From an uncultured candidatus Porisulfidus sp. (GTDB lineage: Bacteria; Pseudomonadota; Gammaproteobacteria; Poriferisulfidales; Oxydemutatoraceae), in assembly GCA_965215125.1 (NCBI GenBank), contig OZ244052.1, forward strand, positions 352,001-416,000: 64,000 nucleotides of DNA, in the 5' to 3' direction. The translations under genes were made by a program, and so were the position numbers. The notes under the pieces were generated by a model. The model was given only the letters and a program-made list of their open reading frames with translations. It did not search any database and was not told the origin of the DNA. This document shows positions 1 through 15,000 of the stretch, one piece after another (positions within the stretch are counted from its first letter, which is position 1; each line of letters opens with the position of its first letter).

Positions 1-3000
1 TCTCTTCATAAAACCAACCAAACCACCTACCGATTGTTTCCCTTTAACGAGTACATCGATTAAACCAATTTTTCTAATTTCGGAACTTGTTCCTCCGACA
101 ACACCGAACAGACCGATAGTGTCGCTATTCGCTTTATCTATCATTAAATTGGTAACCGTAAAACCGTTGCCGTCAAAAACCCCGCCTAAGCATGTACTGC
201 TCGCATCGGTACAATCGTTATTAACGATGTTTCCTATAGGTTGCCAACCTGTACCGGTCGTCCACACCGCCTTATTGGATGTTGAGACATAGCTTGCTTC
301 GTCTAGAAAATCTAAATCCTTGACTAATTCATAGCCCAGGCATCGGTTGTCGGGACAACCTGTAGCAATCTTGCTCGCCGTAGAACTCGCACGATAACCG
401 CTACCGTCCGGTTGATAACGAACCGCATTGAGGTCCTCGAGGGTCTCAATTTCTATTAAACCGTCATTATCTTTGTCTTTGTGCGTTGCGATGTCCGCGT
501 ACAACGGTGCATCGTAATGAATGTTTGTCTCATAGCCCTGTACGTCGGTATAGCTTATAGAAAATCTATATTGTGCGTTGCGGGCATCTTCCGGCGGCGT
601 ATAGCTTTTTTGGTTCGCACCGGGGATCGTAATAAATCTACCGTTCTGTTCCCGCAACCATAGATAGCCGACATCGGTCAACAGCCCTCCGTCTATATCG
701 TTTGACAAATCTTCTGCGGAAAGCGTGTCGCTACTTATCCATTTCACGGCACTTGCGGAGTTCCCATTGTTAACCTTTCTTACCGATAGCGGTATCTCTT
801 TGCTTACGACAAACATCGGATTATTGCTTTCGATCAGTTCCAGTTTTAAGATGACCGTGCTATAGTTCTTGTCTCTTGCAACAAAATCGGTAGGCACCGT
901 AAACTCCACGGTAGATGTAGTCTGTATCCCCGACAGTAAAGGTTTCCCCGATGGTTGAGTCCACCGGTAATCCAATCTCCGATTATTCTGTCCCAGACTC
1001 GTTGAAGCATCCAAGCGCAAGACATCCCCTTCGTCTAAAACAAAAATATTCCTTGTGATGAGTTCGGTAGGAGTACTCCCGTTTACTATTTTGAGAATAC
1101 GGGGCTGAAGGAGGTACTTTAAGCGTACCTGTATTTGATAGCTTGCGCCCCTATTACTCCCGCTCAAAGTCTCAACCTTGAGTTTGAACGAATGATTTGC
1201 ATCAATCTGCACGGTGCCGTCAGATTGTCCGGCCAAAGGTGCGCCGTCGTCTTTACGAATTGTTATTACGGTACCTTCGTCGGCACCAGCAGCAATTTTT
1301 ATAATCACCGGTGCCACCTCAACCTCAATCACCGCTTCGTAGTTAAATCTACTCGACTTAAAGCTCGGGGTCAGCTGCACAGCTCTTGAATTGGCAGATA
1401 AGCTCAGTCGATCCAATAAAAGTGCATCGGCAATCTGACCGGACAATAAAGCATTACAACTCGGCAACGCCGTTCCGGGATCGGTATCGCAACCCGGGTC
1501 GGCCGCATCCAATCCGACGCCGTATTTGAGTGCCGGATATTGCTCTGCATTACCGAAGTGCCAATCGGTAGTACTCCAATTCGTATAAGTTCTGCAATTG
1601 CGAATAATACCACTATCTTCTACACATGCCGCATAATTAAAATCCGGCGTTGTAGCGGATTGAAGCCCAAAACTCAACCTTGCACCGGGATGCACCGAAG
1701 TGGGAGCGAAGCTCTTATAACAAAACACTACGGGTATCCTATTATTATCCGAATCGAATATTAAACCATCAGTACAATTCATGCTAAAATTCCAATAACT
1801 ATTGACCGGGTTTGCAATAGAGGTGTCGCCGGCAGGTAATATTCCGGCAACCAAGCCATTGAGTGTGCCGTCACCCGAAACCTCACCTAGAGTATAACTA
1901 TTTTCAATCGTTGAATTATTATTGACACCGACTAAACCACCGGCAACTTTGTTGTTTGAGTTTACGCAGGTGCCGAACCCGGTCTCTGCATTGCCGGTCG
2001 CATAGCTGTTTTTGATTTCGCTCCTTTTCGCTAACTGATTTGAGTTGGTGGAAAACTGATTGCCCACCAAACCACCGACGATGCAAGGTCCTTTTACTTC
2101 ACCGGTCGCATAGCTGTTATATACCTTGCCACCGTCTATGTTCCTACCGACCAAACCGCCCACTCCGACCCGCTTGTTTCCCGTTATTTCGGAATCTTCG
2201 GCAACCACATTGATCTTTGCATAACTATTGAGTATAAAACCTTTATTCCAGCCGACCATCCCGCCTATAAATCCTATACCGTTGCCGAAGCCGACATCAC
2301 CTGTTATTATTTTATCGGTGTTTCCCGCTTCGATATCGCCGACCACATAGCTATTCATGATGACACCGCCGCGTTCCATTCTGCCGGCAATGCCACCTAC
2401 ATTTTTGATCCCGACCAGACCTTTGATCGCCGGATCTACAAGTCTAAAGTTTTTAACCCTTCCGACTGCTCCTATTTGGGAAAACAAACCTATATTGCTT
2501 ATATTGCCGACGCTACGGTTTATTTGCATATTGGATATCGTATAGCCATTGCCGTTAAACACGGCATTAAATGCTCCACCGATAGGCTGCCAACCCAAAT
2601 CGCTTGCATCCCTAAAATCGCTCACCGTCCAACTATTTTTGAGTACCGACGGATTCGGTGTACGATAGCTTGCATCGTCGGTAAAATCTAAATCGTTCAT
2701 CAACTCATAGCCTCGGCATTTTTCTACACCATTTACCAACGGACAACCTGTGGTGATCTTATCCGCACTTTCAGTTGCTTTGTAGCCGCTGCCGTCCGGC
2801 TGATAACGTATCGCATCCAAATCTTCCAAATAACGAATCTCTATCAGACCGTCGCCGTCGTCGTCTATGTCCGAATAGTTTATGACCTCGGATTCAAATT
2901 GCCCGCGATAACCTTGATTGTCTTCATACATAACGAGTACACGATATTGATAATCTCCTTCGTTTGGAAGGGTATAAGTAAGCGTTGCCGTAGACTCTAG

Positions 3001-6000
3001 GTTTATCCAACCCTCCGCCTCGCTACGACGACGCTGCCATTGTATACGGGTTTCGGCAAAGCCACCGTCGCGGTCTATAAACTCGCTACCGTCCATCCTT
3101 TGAAATATAATTCTATAAGTCATTGGTTTATCGCTAACTCTACGCAAGCTAATACGATCGGCAGTGTCGTTGTTTTGCTTGGAAATTATCAATGATATCG
3201 CTCTGCTCATATACACATCGTCCACACCGATTTCCGCCGTCAACTGTACGACACGGCTATCGTCTTGCTTAGACACTACATCGCTAGGTACCGTAAAATC
3301 CAATACGGCACTTTGTGTGTCAACCGGCGATCGCTTATCGTCAAACTTCAGCACATCGCCTGCCGATTGCTGCCATTTGTAGCGATATAAATCTTCATCC
3401 AAAGTAAAATTATACGAAATCATTAGGCGAACACGCTCGCCTTCGGCTACCGACAACGATAGTGGCACCATTGTCGTTGTTGTTGCCGTCACTCGTTCAA
3501 TTTTTAGTTCATCATAACGTACTGAGAAGTGATACGACAATTCGCCGGCATCGGGGTTATGCGTGGTTATAGTAATTTCCGGTGTATGGTTACCGTCCAG
3601 CACGAACGATATCGGAATACCCGACGAACATATCAAACCCTTGCGACAAGCAATATCTATAGTCGTGCCTACCCGTGTCGATGTGGTATCCAATCGTACT
3701 TCGGTTATTCGGGCAGACTCGGCTATGAGCTCGTAGTCAAAAATGAGCGGATGAAAAGACGGGAATAATCGGACATTGTTCGATAGGGTCAAACTTTGCA
3801 ACAGACTTTTCCCTTCGGGAGCAAGTAGCGGCACATCGGCAATCGCTTTCAACTCGGGATAACGATTCGCATCTGCGAACTCCCAAACATCGGCATCCCA
3901 GTTTTTATAAATACTATTTATCGGAGAAGTCGGCGTAGACGATCGGAGTACTGCCGTGGTCGCAGAAGTGCCGCCGGCACTCGATGCGATACCGCTCACC
4001 TCTATATCCCAATAACTATCGTCAACTACCGCATCGTTGACGGCAACCAAGCCACCTACTGTAGATATCTCTCCGATGCCTATCGTTCTGCTTACTGCGT
4101 AGCTATTGATGATTTCGCTGGAACCTTGATTGATAGCAACCAAACCACCGATAGTTCCCCAACCGATTACCGACCCCACCGCATAGCTATTCTCAATACG
4201 ACTGCGATTGTCGTTTAGGGCAACCAAACCACCTGCCAATGACGTTGGCAATCTAGCCGATAGATTGCCTTTCACCTGGGTTTCTGCATAAGATCGAGTA
4301 ATGGAACCGGCAAAATTCCTGCCGACCAATCCCCCTACGATTGCCGATCCACCGCTACCTCTTGCCATCACAGAACCACTAACATAACTCCGGCGAATGT
4401 CGCCCGCTCGGTTAGTGCCGACCAGACTACCGACATGCGCACCTCCGACTATATCTACACCCGTCAAACCGATACCTTCTATTACGACATCGCTTTTGCT
4501 GCCGTCTAGCACACCGAACAGTCCGATATAGTCGCTATCCGGTCTATTCACCGTTAAATTAGAAATCGTATAGCCGTTGCCTTTGAATATTGCCGTGAAC
4601 GGATGTAGCGAGGTGCCTATCGGCTGCCAGCCTGACCCGGTAGTCCAGGCGGTGTTCACGCTCCCCGCTCGGTAATGTGCCGGATTATCAAAGTCCAAAT
4701 CTCGCAACAGCTCATAGCCTTTGCAGCCGGTCATCGGACAACCTTTGGCACTTTCTATCAATACACCATCGGCGTTTTGATATCTCAGATGTCTACCGTC
4801 CAACGCATTGCGTATCGCATCCAAATCTTCCAGTGTTAGAATATCTATCAACCCATCTTTATCGGTATCCACATCCTCTTCAAAACCGGAAGAGAAATAA
4901 TCGACTTCAAAGCGATATCGGATGCGTCGCGCCCCCGAGACTTCAACACTAATCACAGTCGTATCGGTCGAACGCAACACAATTGCCGAACTGGTAGTGC
5001 CGGTTTTGATCGTCTCGTCAAAACCATTATCACTAACGATGCGAATGGTTGCATCCTCATCCAATGCATTCGGTGTCAAATGTAACTGCTTTATGTTTAC
5101 ATCCAACTCTACGCCGAGACGATAATACAATTTAGTCGTATCGAAGTTCGGAGATAGCGTCACAATCTCTGCAATCGTTAAACTTGTCAAACCATAAGAC
5201 TGTAAACCGGCGAGCGTGCTTTCGGTGCTGGTGGTATATTTAAGAATTGGATAACGATTTACATCGCCGAAATGCCAATCGCTATCGTCCCACCGGTAAT
5301 ACGCCCTACCGGCATCCGACGATTGACCGGTGCCCGATTGTAGTTGTACGGTAGTCTTGCCGACACCGCCGGCAGATTCATGTAGGTTGCTCGTAGCGAT
5401 ATCCCAATAGCTATTTACCGCAATACCCCCGACATTGCTACCGATTAGCCCCCCTGTGGCAACCGTATACGAGGTGCATGCAGGCACACCCGTGCATACA
5501 ATATCCGCCGTCGCATAACTGTCGCCAACCGAACCACTGTTCTCACCGATCAAACCACCGATAAGTGCGACTCCTTCGACACCACCGCTTGCATAAGTGT
5601 TTGCAATAGAACCGAGGTTCAAGGCGACCAAACCGCCGATGCCGGTGTCGCCCGATACACGACTCAAGCTGTAGCTGTTTGTAATCACCCCGGTACTTTC
5701 GTTGCGGGCGATCAAACCACCGACCGAGGATCCACCCGATACCGCACCGTAAGCATAACTATTAGAAATACGACCGACATTGTAGGCAACCAAACCTCCG
5801 ACGGCATTTTCTCCGACCACCGTAGCATCGGCAGAGCTGTTGTCTATAATCCCGGCATTATAGGTAGCTAGACTTCCGACACCGAAGCGACCCCCGACCT
5901 CTACATCCGTCAAATTAACATTTTTGACTTGCGCACCGTCGGCTAATGCCGCAAATAGACCGACATTGTCGGTATTGCTCCTATCGATACGTAGATTTGA

Positions 6001-9000
6001 AATGGTATGATTGTTGCCGTCAAATATCGCCGCGAAGCATCGGCTTTGCGTATCGTTGCAATCAAGCGTCGTAGCGTCGATCGCCCCGATCGGATGCCAG
6101 TCAAAACCGGAAAGGTCTATGCTCGCCGCAAGTTCGTAGCCTTTGCAACCGACGGTCGGAGTAGTCGGACACCCCAAGGTGATTTTGGTGTCGTCGCGAC
6201 TCGCTTTATAACCGCTACCGTCCAGTTGATAACGAATCGCATTCAAAGCGTCCGCACTGCGAACCTCTATCAAACCGTCGTCGTCTTCGTCTATATCGTT
6301 GACGGTAATAAAAGAGTGTTTGTTTACCCTAATACTATAAAGCGTCGTTTGCGTAGTTCTAGATACTAAGGGATCCTCCACTGCCAACGTCAGCAAAAGA
6401 TCATTGATATTGTCTATCGTAAGCGTAGTGACTTCACCGCTTCGTAATTCCATACGCGGGTTCGTTTCGCTATCGTTGTTGAGCGTAAGCACCGAACCCG
6501 AATTAAATGTATACGGAATGATGCTGAACTCACGCGCATCGCTTTTTAATATCAACTCGTAATCGTATATCTTGGAATTAAAGTCGGGTCTTAATAGTAA
6601 AACCTGACCGGTTCGATTTGAGTGCGCTAAATTGCTCAAACCGGTGCGACGTTGCGCCGGCAACAAGGTTCCACACATCGGCAGTTCGGTATCGGCATTT
6701 TCGGCTTCTAGGCACGCCGGGCGAGTGATTATATCGGTAGCACTGGTATATCTTAATACCGGATATTGACCGGACTCGGAATACCAATCGTTGCTATCCC
6801 AGTTGCTATAGATCCCATCTCCGATCGCAGCTGTTCGAAGCTCTGTTGTCGTCTTGCCGATACCGGTAACATCATCCTCGTCGTCTGCCACCCCGCTCGT
6901 AACAACATCCCAATAACTCGCATCGGCACTGCCAAGCGAAGTTCGACCCAATAATCCACCGATAAGCCTTCTGCTCGTCACCTTGCCGATCGCATAGCTA
7001 TTACTCACCACGATCCCCGATTGTGATAGCTCACCTACCAAGCCACCGACAAAGTCACTTCCGATAACCGCACCGCTCGCATAACTATTGTGAATATCCC
7101 TAGTCGAAATACCGACTAAACCACCTACAAAGTCATTCCCGACAACCGCACCGCTTGCATAACTATTATGAATTTTTCCACCTATTGCATTAGAACCGAC
7201 TAAACCGCCGGTAATGGCAAAGCGTCCATTTACCGAAACATCTGCATAGCTATTGACGATCGTGCCACCGTCATTCCTACCGACCAAACCTCCTACATAG
7301 AGATGGCCTTGAACATCACCGCCGATCACATAGCTGTTGACGATTTCACCTAAATTAAGACCTACCAAAGTACCGATACTATAGAGATCATGCCGGCTCA
7401 TATCAATATCCACATTGAGTAGACCGATATGCTCAATTCTCGCACCGCTCGCCAGCACACCGAATAAACCGATATCGCCGATAGGTATACCCTGAATCCT
7501 CAAGTTTGATATCGTATGTGCATTTCCGTTGAATAAACCGCTAAAAGGATTGCGACGGTTTCCTATCGGTTGCCAACCCGCACCGGTCGTCCATATCGGG
7601 TTGATCACACCCGCACGATAACTCGTAGGATTCTTAAAATCTAAATCTCTAGCCAATTTATAACCCTTACACCGCCTCGCACCGTCCTCGGTGTCTATAG
7701 GGCAATCCTTCAAGGTGGCGGATACCTGCGCCAAAGCGTAACGCATCAGGTTCAAGTCCTCTAGATAATCAATCGTTATGAAGTCATCGACTACTGCGAT
7801 ATCTTGCAATACCTTAATCGTATAGAATGTCGGCATGCCTTGTGTTGCGGATTGAACCCTAAGCACAATACTATCTAAATCGTCGCTTAGAGTAAACAAT
7901 GAACTTTGCCCGCTACGCTTTGATGAACTCAAGCTACCTGCGTCTACGGTGATCGTATCGGTGCCGTAATAAGCGGTCGGTGTGATACGAACCTCGTCGC
8001 CCGAACCAACGACTAAATGATAGTCGTATATCTCAAGATTAAATGCCGGAAGCAAGCGTGCATTTTTTGAAAGCTCCATTTGAACCAACCCGGCACGTTG
8101 TTCGGGTAGCAAGGCTCCGCAATACGGTTGTTGTTTCGGCAATCTCGGTAAATGACTAAGACAAACAATCGTCTTGTCATGCTCCGACAGGTCTGCAAAC
8201 AATCCACCATTACAATCCGATAATTGCTGCGGCAACGGTTGTCTGCATGCCGTATTGTCGTCATCGCCTGTTGCATAAAGCAACGCCGGATATTGATCTA
8301 CATTACCGAAGTGCCAATCGGCTCTATTCCACCCGGTATAAATATCATCCGACGGCATACCCGACTTCAGTGCTACCGCAGTTTTATCGGTGCCGATCAG
8401 TGAATCGATTCCAGAGATAACTGCACCTGCTCTATAATAACTATTAACAATTGTATGTCCGAGGACGGTTGCCGCAACTAAACCTCCGGTAATTCCATTA
8501 CTTGCCTGCACATCACCGATTGCATAGCTATTGTGAATTCTTGCATGATTATTACCGGCCAAACCGCCTGCACGCCCATTATTTGCCCGCACACCACCGA
8601 CTGCATAGCTATTAACAATAGAACCACCTATTTCATTCCAACCGACCAAACCGCCGGCGCGATCATTATCCACTTGTACGTCAACACGCGCATAGCTATT
8701 AACGATCATGCCGTCATTATTTCTACCGACCAAACCACCACCGTCGTTAACCTCGGCTAAGAGCTTACCCTCTGCATAGCTATTGATAATCGTGCCGAAG
8801 TTATAGCCGGCGATGCTACCGACATTACTCTGTCCGGCGATACTCACATTCACCAGACCGACATTCTCAACCCTGCCACCGGCTCCGATCGCTCCGAATA
8901 AACCTACCTCATTGGTACTGCCCGCCTTTATGGTCAAATTGGATATCGTGTAGCCGTTGCCTTTGAATACACCGCTAAAAGGTTCACTCAAACTACCTAT

Positions 9001-12000
9001 GGGTTGCCACTCAATCCCGGCAAGGTCTATATCTGCGGTCAATTCATATCCCATGCAGCCGTTGGAACAATAGATCGCATCGGTGGTTTCGCTTTGTTGA
9101 TAGGCACCGCCGTCCAAGCGATGGCGGACGGCATTCAAATGTGTCGCATTACTAATCTCTATGAACCCATCGCCGTCTTCGTCTATGCTTTGAGCGACGA
9201 TGTCGAGTCGATTGATGACGAATTGATATCGATACGAATGTCGTTTGCCGTCTTTTACGACCAAACTAAAAACCGTATCGCCGGTGTCGTTCAACGGTAT
9301 CGGCACCGTCCATTCACCGCTATCGGTTTCTCCTATTGAGGTGCCATCCTTAAAAACTTCAATCGTTGCTACTGCATTAAACGCAGTCGGTAACATGCGA
9401 ATAGTACTGCGATCGGCATTGACCGATACACCGTAATCAAATGATGTAAATGCAAAAGGACTGGATAAACCTGCGCCTTCGGATAATTTTAGGTCTCGCA
9501 ATAGGCTCCCTTGATGACGAAGCAAGGTGTGGCATGCATCGGGACGTCTCTGAATATCCGCTGTATCACAATGTGCATCACCATCGGTAGAGTCGGCACG
9601 CAAATTATACCTAATCGCCGGATATTGCTCATTGGTGCCGAAATCCCAGTTATCGCTACCCCAGCTCGTATAAATGCCGGTTGCACTCGTCGGTGATTGA
9701 AGTTCGGCGGCACGCTTACTCTCTCCCAAAGTCACATTGGTTTCGGCGATGTCTTCGTCTAAATAAATTGCCTTCGCAGTCAGTGCACGCTGATCGCTCG
9801 GATCTCTATTGCCACCGAATAAGCCCTGAGGCACATCGGCTTTGGTTGCCGAAACGCTCGCATAGCTATTGACGATATCAATGGCAGACGATGTGCGCAC
9901 GCCTATTAAACCGCCTATAAACGCGTCATCGTGTTCTGCGGTAATCGTGCCGACTACATAGCTGTCGGTGATGGTTAGAGCGGAATCTACATCGCCGACC
10001 AAACCGCCGGCAACCGCCGATCGACCGTTGACGGTAATATTACCGATGAAATAACTATTGCTAATTCGGGCACGCCCACCACCCGTTGCCGAAATAGCAT
10101 TTACCAAACCGGCAGCGGCGGCGGTTCCTTGTATATCTCCTATCACATAACTATTGCTTATCGTACACCGCTTACACGATGTGGCAATTCCGGCAACCAC
10201 ATCCCCTTTAATATCCATAGCCGACAATCCAATGCCGTCTATATAGGCAACACGACTATCGCTACCTATCGTTGCAAAAAGACCTCCGTTTGTCCCCACT
10301 CTTAAATTGGCAATCGTTTTATTATTGCCCTTGAATGTGCCGGTGAAAGTTGCTTCGTCTAATCCGATCGGTTGCCAGGCACCCACACCCGTCCATCGTC
10401 CCATATTCTTCTCGGCATTGCGATAACTACCGGCATCGTTAAAATCCAAATCTCTTAACAATTCATAACCACGACATCCCGCACTCGGACAACCCGAGGT
10501 AATCTTGATGGACTCGTCATCCGCTCTATAGCCGCTACCGTCCAACTGATAGCGGATCGCATCCAAATCTTCCAGATAATCGATATCGACGAGACCGTCG
10601 CCGTCTTCGTCTATGACCCTATGAGGCGCATAACTCAGATAAAGCGTATACCTAACCGTCTGTGTGCCTTTTACTTCAACGACAACTTTTTTTATCCCGT
10701 CATTTTTCAACGAAATCGGAGCACTTGTATCGTGACTATCTACCATTTCTCGTCTATCTCCCATAAAACTAATATGCGCAGTTGATTCCATTGCCACCGG
10801 TATCAAGCGTATACTCGGATGTTCTCCGATCACCGTGCCTGAGTAAACGCCGCTTTGGTTGAGCCTCTCAATATCAAGCGGTGGATAGAATGTAACATCG
10901 TTTGCTGACGTTAAATCACGCAAACCATAGCGCAAACCCGGCGATATTAGATCTCCACATTGCGGCAACCCCGATGAACCACACTCAAAAACATTTTCGG
11001 TTGCAGTGGTATATTTAAGTATCGGGTATTGTTTCGATGTTCCGAAATCCCAATCGTCGGTATTCCAATCTTTATAAATGCTATTCGCCGGCATCGTCGG
11101 GGTCTGCGATTGAAGCCGTTTCGTGATTTGCCCGATGCCGTTGCTTCCTTGTACAGTACTGATGTCGCTGTTCCAATAGCTTGCGATTATCTTGACAGCA
11201 CCCGAAGTAGCACCGACCAACCCCCCTATGCTCTGATTATCCCCGTTTGTTCCACTTACTTGACTAATCGTATAACTGTTTTCAATGGTACTGCCCTCCA
11301 GGAAACCAACCAAGCCCCCCGCATTTCTACCTCGAACTCTAACCGCTGCATAGCTGTTAATAATTTTTGCCTGCGGCTCGTTCCAGCCGACCAGTCCACC
11401 TGCGTGACTTCCGCCGGCGACTATAGAGACTTTACCGGTTGCATAACTATTAGTGACTAGGTCCCGATTAACACTCACTAAGCCACCAAAACCTAAGCCG
11501 CCCGAACTCGGTATTACGATACTATCGGCATGACTATTGATAATCCTGCCATCGTTATCTCCAACGAGACCGCCGAGCGATGAAGTTCCGGACACCTCGG
11601 CTATTGCATAACTGCCGATAACCTCTCCGCCGTCGTTACTCGCAACCAAACCACCGCCCACACCCTCAATACTTTTTGATACAACACTGCCGCTGACATA
11701 GCTATAGCCGACTTGCCCTCGGTTAGTGCCGATTAGTCCGGCAACTTTAGCTCCACCTTCTACTTTCACATTCAACAAACCGATATTGCTTATCAGTGCA
11801 TCGGATGTGCTAGCTCCGAATAAACTTTGATTGTCAACATCGTCTCTATTTATCTGCAAACCTGATATCGTATAACCGTTGCCGTCAAAGCGACCGGCAA
11901 AAGGCTTTGGTTCGCTGCCTATAGGTGCCCAACCGACATCGGTGGCATCCTGGTAATCATCTACCGTCCAAAAAATCCTATTCAACGGCTCCAGATAACT

Positions 12001-15000
12001 CTCACTATCTGCAAAATCCAAGTCTCTAGTTAACTTATAAGAACCCGTCGGTCGATCTCGTATCGCATCTAAGTCTTCTAGGTAGTTAATCGGTGTGATC
12101 CTATCGTCGGCAATACTCTGATAACCGATATACAGCGCATAGCGTACGGTTACAGTTCCTTGCACTTCAATGTGAATACGTGTCATACCGGTTGCACTCA
12201 AAGAGATTGCTTTACTCGTCTCACCGCTTCGGATATTATCGTACGCGGTGTTGTCGTCGCCGATATAGAAACGAATGTACGCAATTGGTTCTATCGCCGT
12301 CGGAATCAACCGAATCGCATTATCGGTACTGCGCAGACTGCCGATATAAATACCGCTTCGGTTTTGTGCCTCTATATCAAACTCGGGAGATAAAACAACA
12401 CTGTCCGCCGTCGCCAAACTACGCAAACCATAACGCAAGCGCGGCGATATCAACTCGCCGCATTGCGGCAATCCCGACACACCGCAGGCATCGCCGTCGG
12501 GTCCCGGTGCATATTTGAGTATCGGATACTGCTCGCTGTTGCCGAAATCCCAATCGGCATCGTCCCATTCTTCGTATATCCCGATTGACGCAGTGGGCAG
12601 TTGCATTTGTCGCGTACTCTGTCCGCTCCCGTGACCATTTTGTACACCTCCAATCTCAACATTCCAATAACTCGCAACGATAACTCCGTCATTGGCACTG
12701 GCTAAACCACCTCCGCCACCTTGCACTTTAGCAATAGCATAACTGTTGGTAATCATTGCCGCTGATATTTGATTAGTACCGACCAAGCCGGCTACACTAC
12801 TATTTCCGGAAACTTCGCCGTTTGCATAGCTGTTGGTTATAGACCCTCGGTTGATACCGGTTAAACCCCCTACGAACAGATCCCCTCCCACATCACCGCC
12901 GGCATAGCTATTAATCACGCGTGCGTTGATAGCATTCCAACCTATAAGACCCCCCACATTGTCGGATCGTCTTTCCAATATCCGAACCGTTGCATGACTA
13001 TTGATTACTATACCCTCATTGGTGCCGACTAAACCGCCCAGATGGCTCGAAACCGAACTTTGCATCGAAATATCCGAGCCGGCATAGCTATTGATGATTT
13101 TACCGTTGTTCACTCCGACAATGCCACCTACTAAACTATTTGCCGAAAACTCCCCGACCGCATAACTGCCGACGATAGTACCGGCATTAACACCCACCAG
13201 ACCACCGATATGTTCCTTTCCTTCTATTCTTACATTAGGCAAGCCTATATTTCTTATGCTAGCCGCAGATCCCAAAGCACCGAATAAACCTTGATAGTCG
13301 GCATCATCTCTATTTATCTGCAAATTAAATATCGTATGACCATCACCGTTAAAAATGCCTGTGAAACGACCTGCAAGCGTGCCTATAGGCAACCAGCCGG
13401 TGTCCGCATCGTTGCCGTAATCGGCAACCGTCCATTTTGTTTTATTGATCGGGTCGCGGTAGCTCGCATCCGAGTTGAAATCCAAATCTCGCGCTAATTC
13501 GTATCGACCGTCTAATTGATTGCGTATCGCATTCAAATCTTCTAAGTAGTAAATATCTCTAAAACCGTCATCCTCTACGACCTTCACCACCGATACCGGC
13601 TCGGATACGACACGATGATCATAACCTTGATTGTCGCGATAATCCAACCATACACGATAGCCGATATTATCGATTGCCGACAACACCGTGGGTATTTGAT
13701 AGCGTATTTGTATCGCATCTTTGATATCTTGCCATGTTGCCAAATCGGACGATAGTTTGTACTGCCATTGATAACCAAAGCTGTTAATATCTGCACCACC
13801 GTCGGGATCTACAGATAAATCGGCTTCGCCGATATCCGACACCGTTAATATCCCCTCGCGATAGGTCGGGGCAGCTAAAGTCCTCATGCTACCGCCATTT
13901 GTTTTGACAACCGTCATCGTCGTACTTCGGGTTACGGTTGTCCGACCGTCGCGCACTTCCACTTGCAGCACAACGGGGGCCTCGTCGGCATCTTGAACTA
14001 CAAAATCGTCGGGTATGTTTATGTTCAACTCGGCTAGGCCGGTGTCCGAGTCTTTTAATAAATCGGGTTGCATCGGCGAAACCTGACTCCAGCGATAACG
14101 TACTCGTCGTAAATTCGGCTCGGAGGTTGAAACACTCAACATAATATTTTGTCCTTCGCTCACCCTATGATCCGAACGATTACTACTAATCGTTGCTTGC
14201 AAGCCGGATCGACGTATCACCCAAATCCGATAGTGCCTCGCTATCGTCACTAAGGTAGGTTCGGGGGCTACATTCAAAATAATCGGTGCCGTCTCGCCGT
14301 TATTCACCGAAGACAAACCGATTTTCTCGTCTTTAAGAATACTAATCGTCTGCGTGCTATTTGCTATCGTAGGGCTGAACCTTATCTCTGTTACACTATC
14401 GTCGCTTAAGTTCACACGATAATCAAAGGTCTGCGGATTAAACGCAGGAGATAAAGTCAAACCGTCTAATACAAGCAAACTCGAGAGCATGATGTGCTGA
14501 CCCGACAATAGGTGTCCCTTTTCAGAACCCTCGCTATGTCTGAGTATCGGGTATTGTTCGCCGGTGCCGAACTCCCAATCGGCAACATCCCATCGTTCAA
14601 AGGTCTCGCCCGGTAGACCGGGGGCAGTCGGTGATTTTAGCTGTGCGGTAGTTCGCAAACTACCACCGGCACTGAACGATATCCCGGTAGCCTCGCTATT
14701 CCAATAGCTGTGTATTACACGCACCATGTCGGCATGCCTCGTTTGGTGTGCATAATTCCAGCCGACTAAACCACCCGCATGCTCACCGCTTGCGACAACC
14801 TGCCCGTTTGCAAAACTGTCGGAGACGATGCCTTTATTACTGCCGACCAAACCACCGACTCTATGCACACCACCTACATAACCGCTTGAGTACGTATTGC
14901 TTATTCGACCACCCTCGTTCCAACCGACCAAACCGCCCACATCGCTATCGCCGTCTATGCGACCCTGCGCAAAACTATTGGTGATTTCACTATCCCTGTT

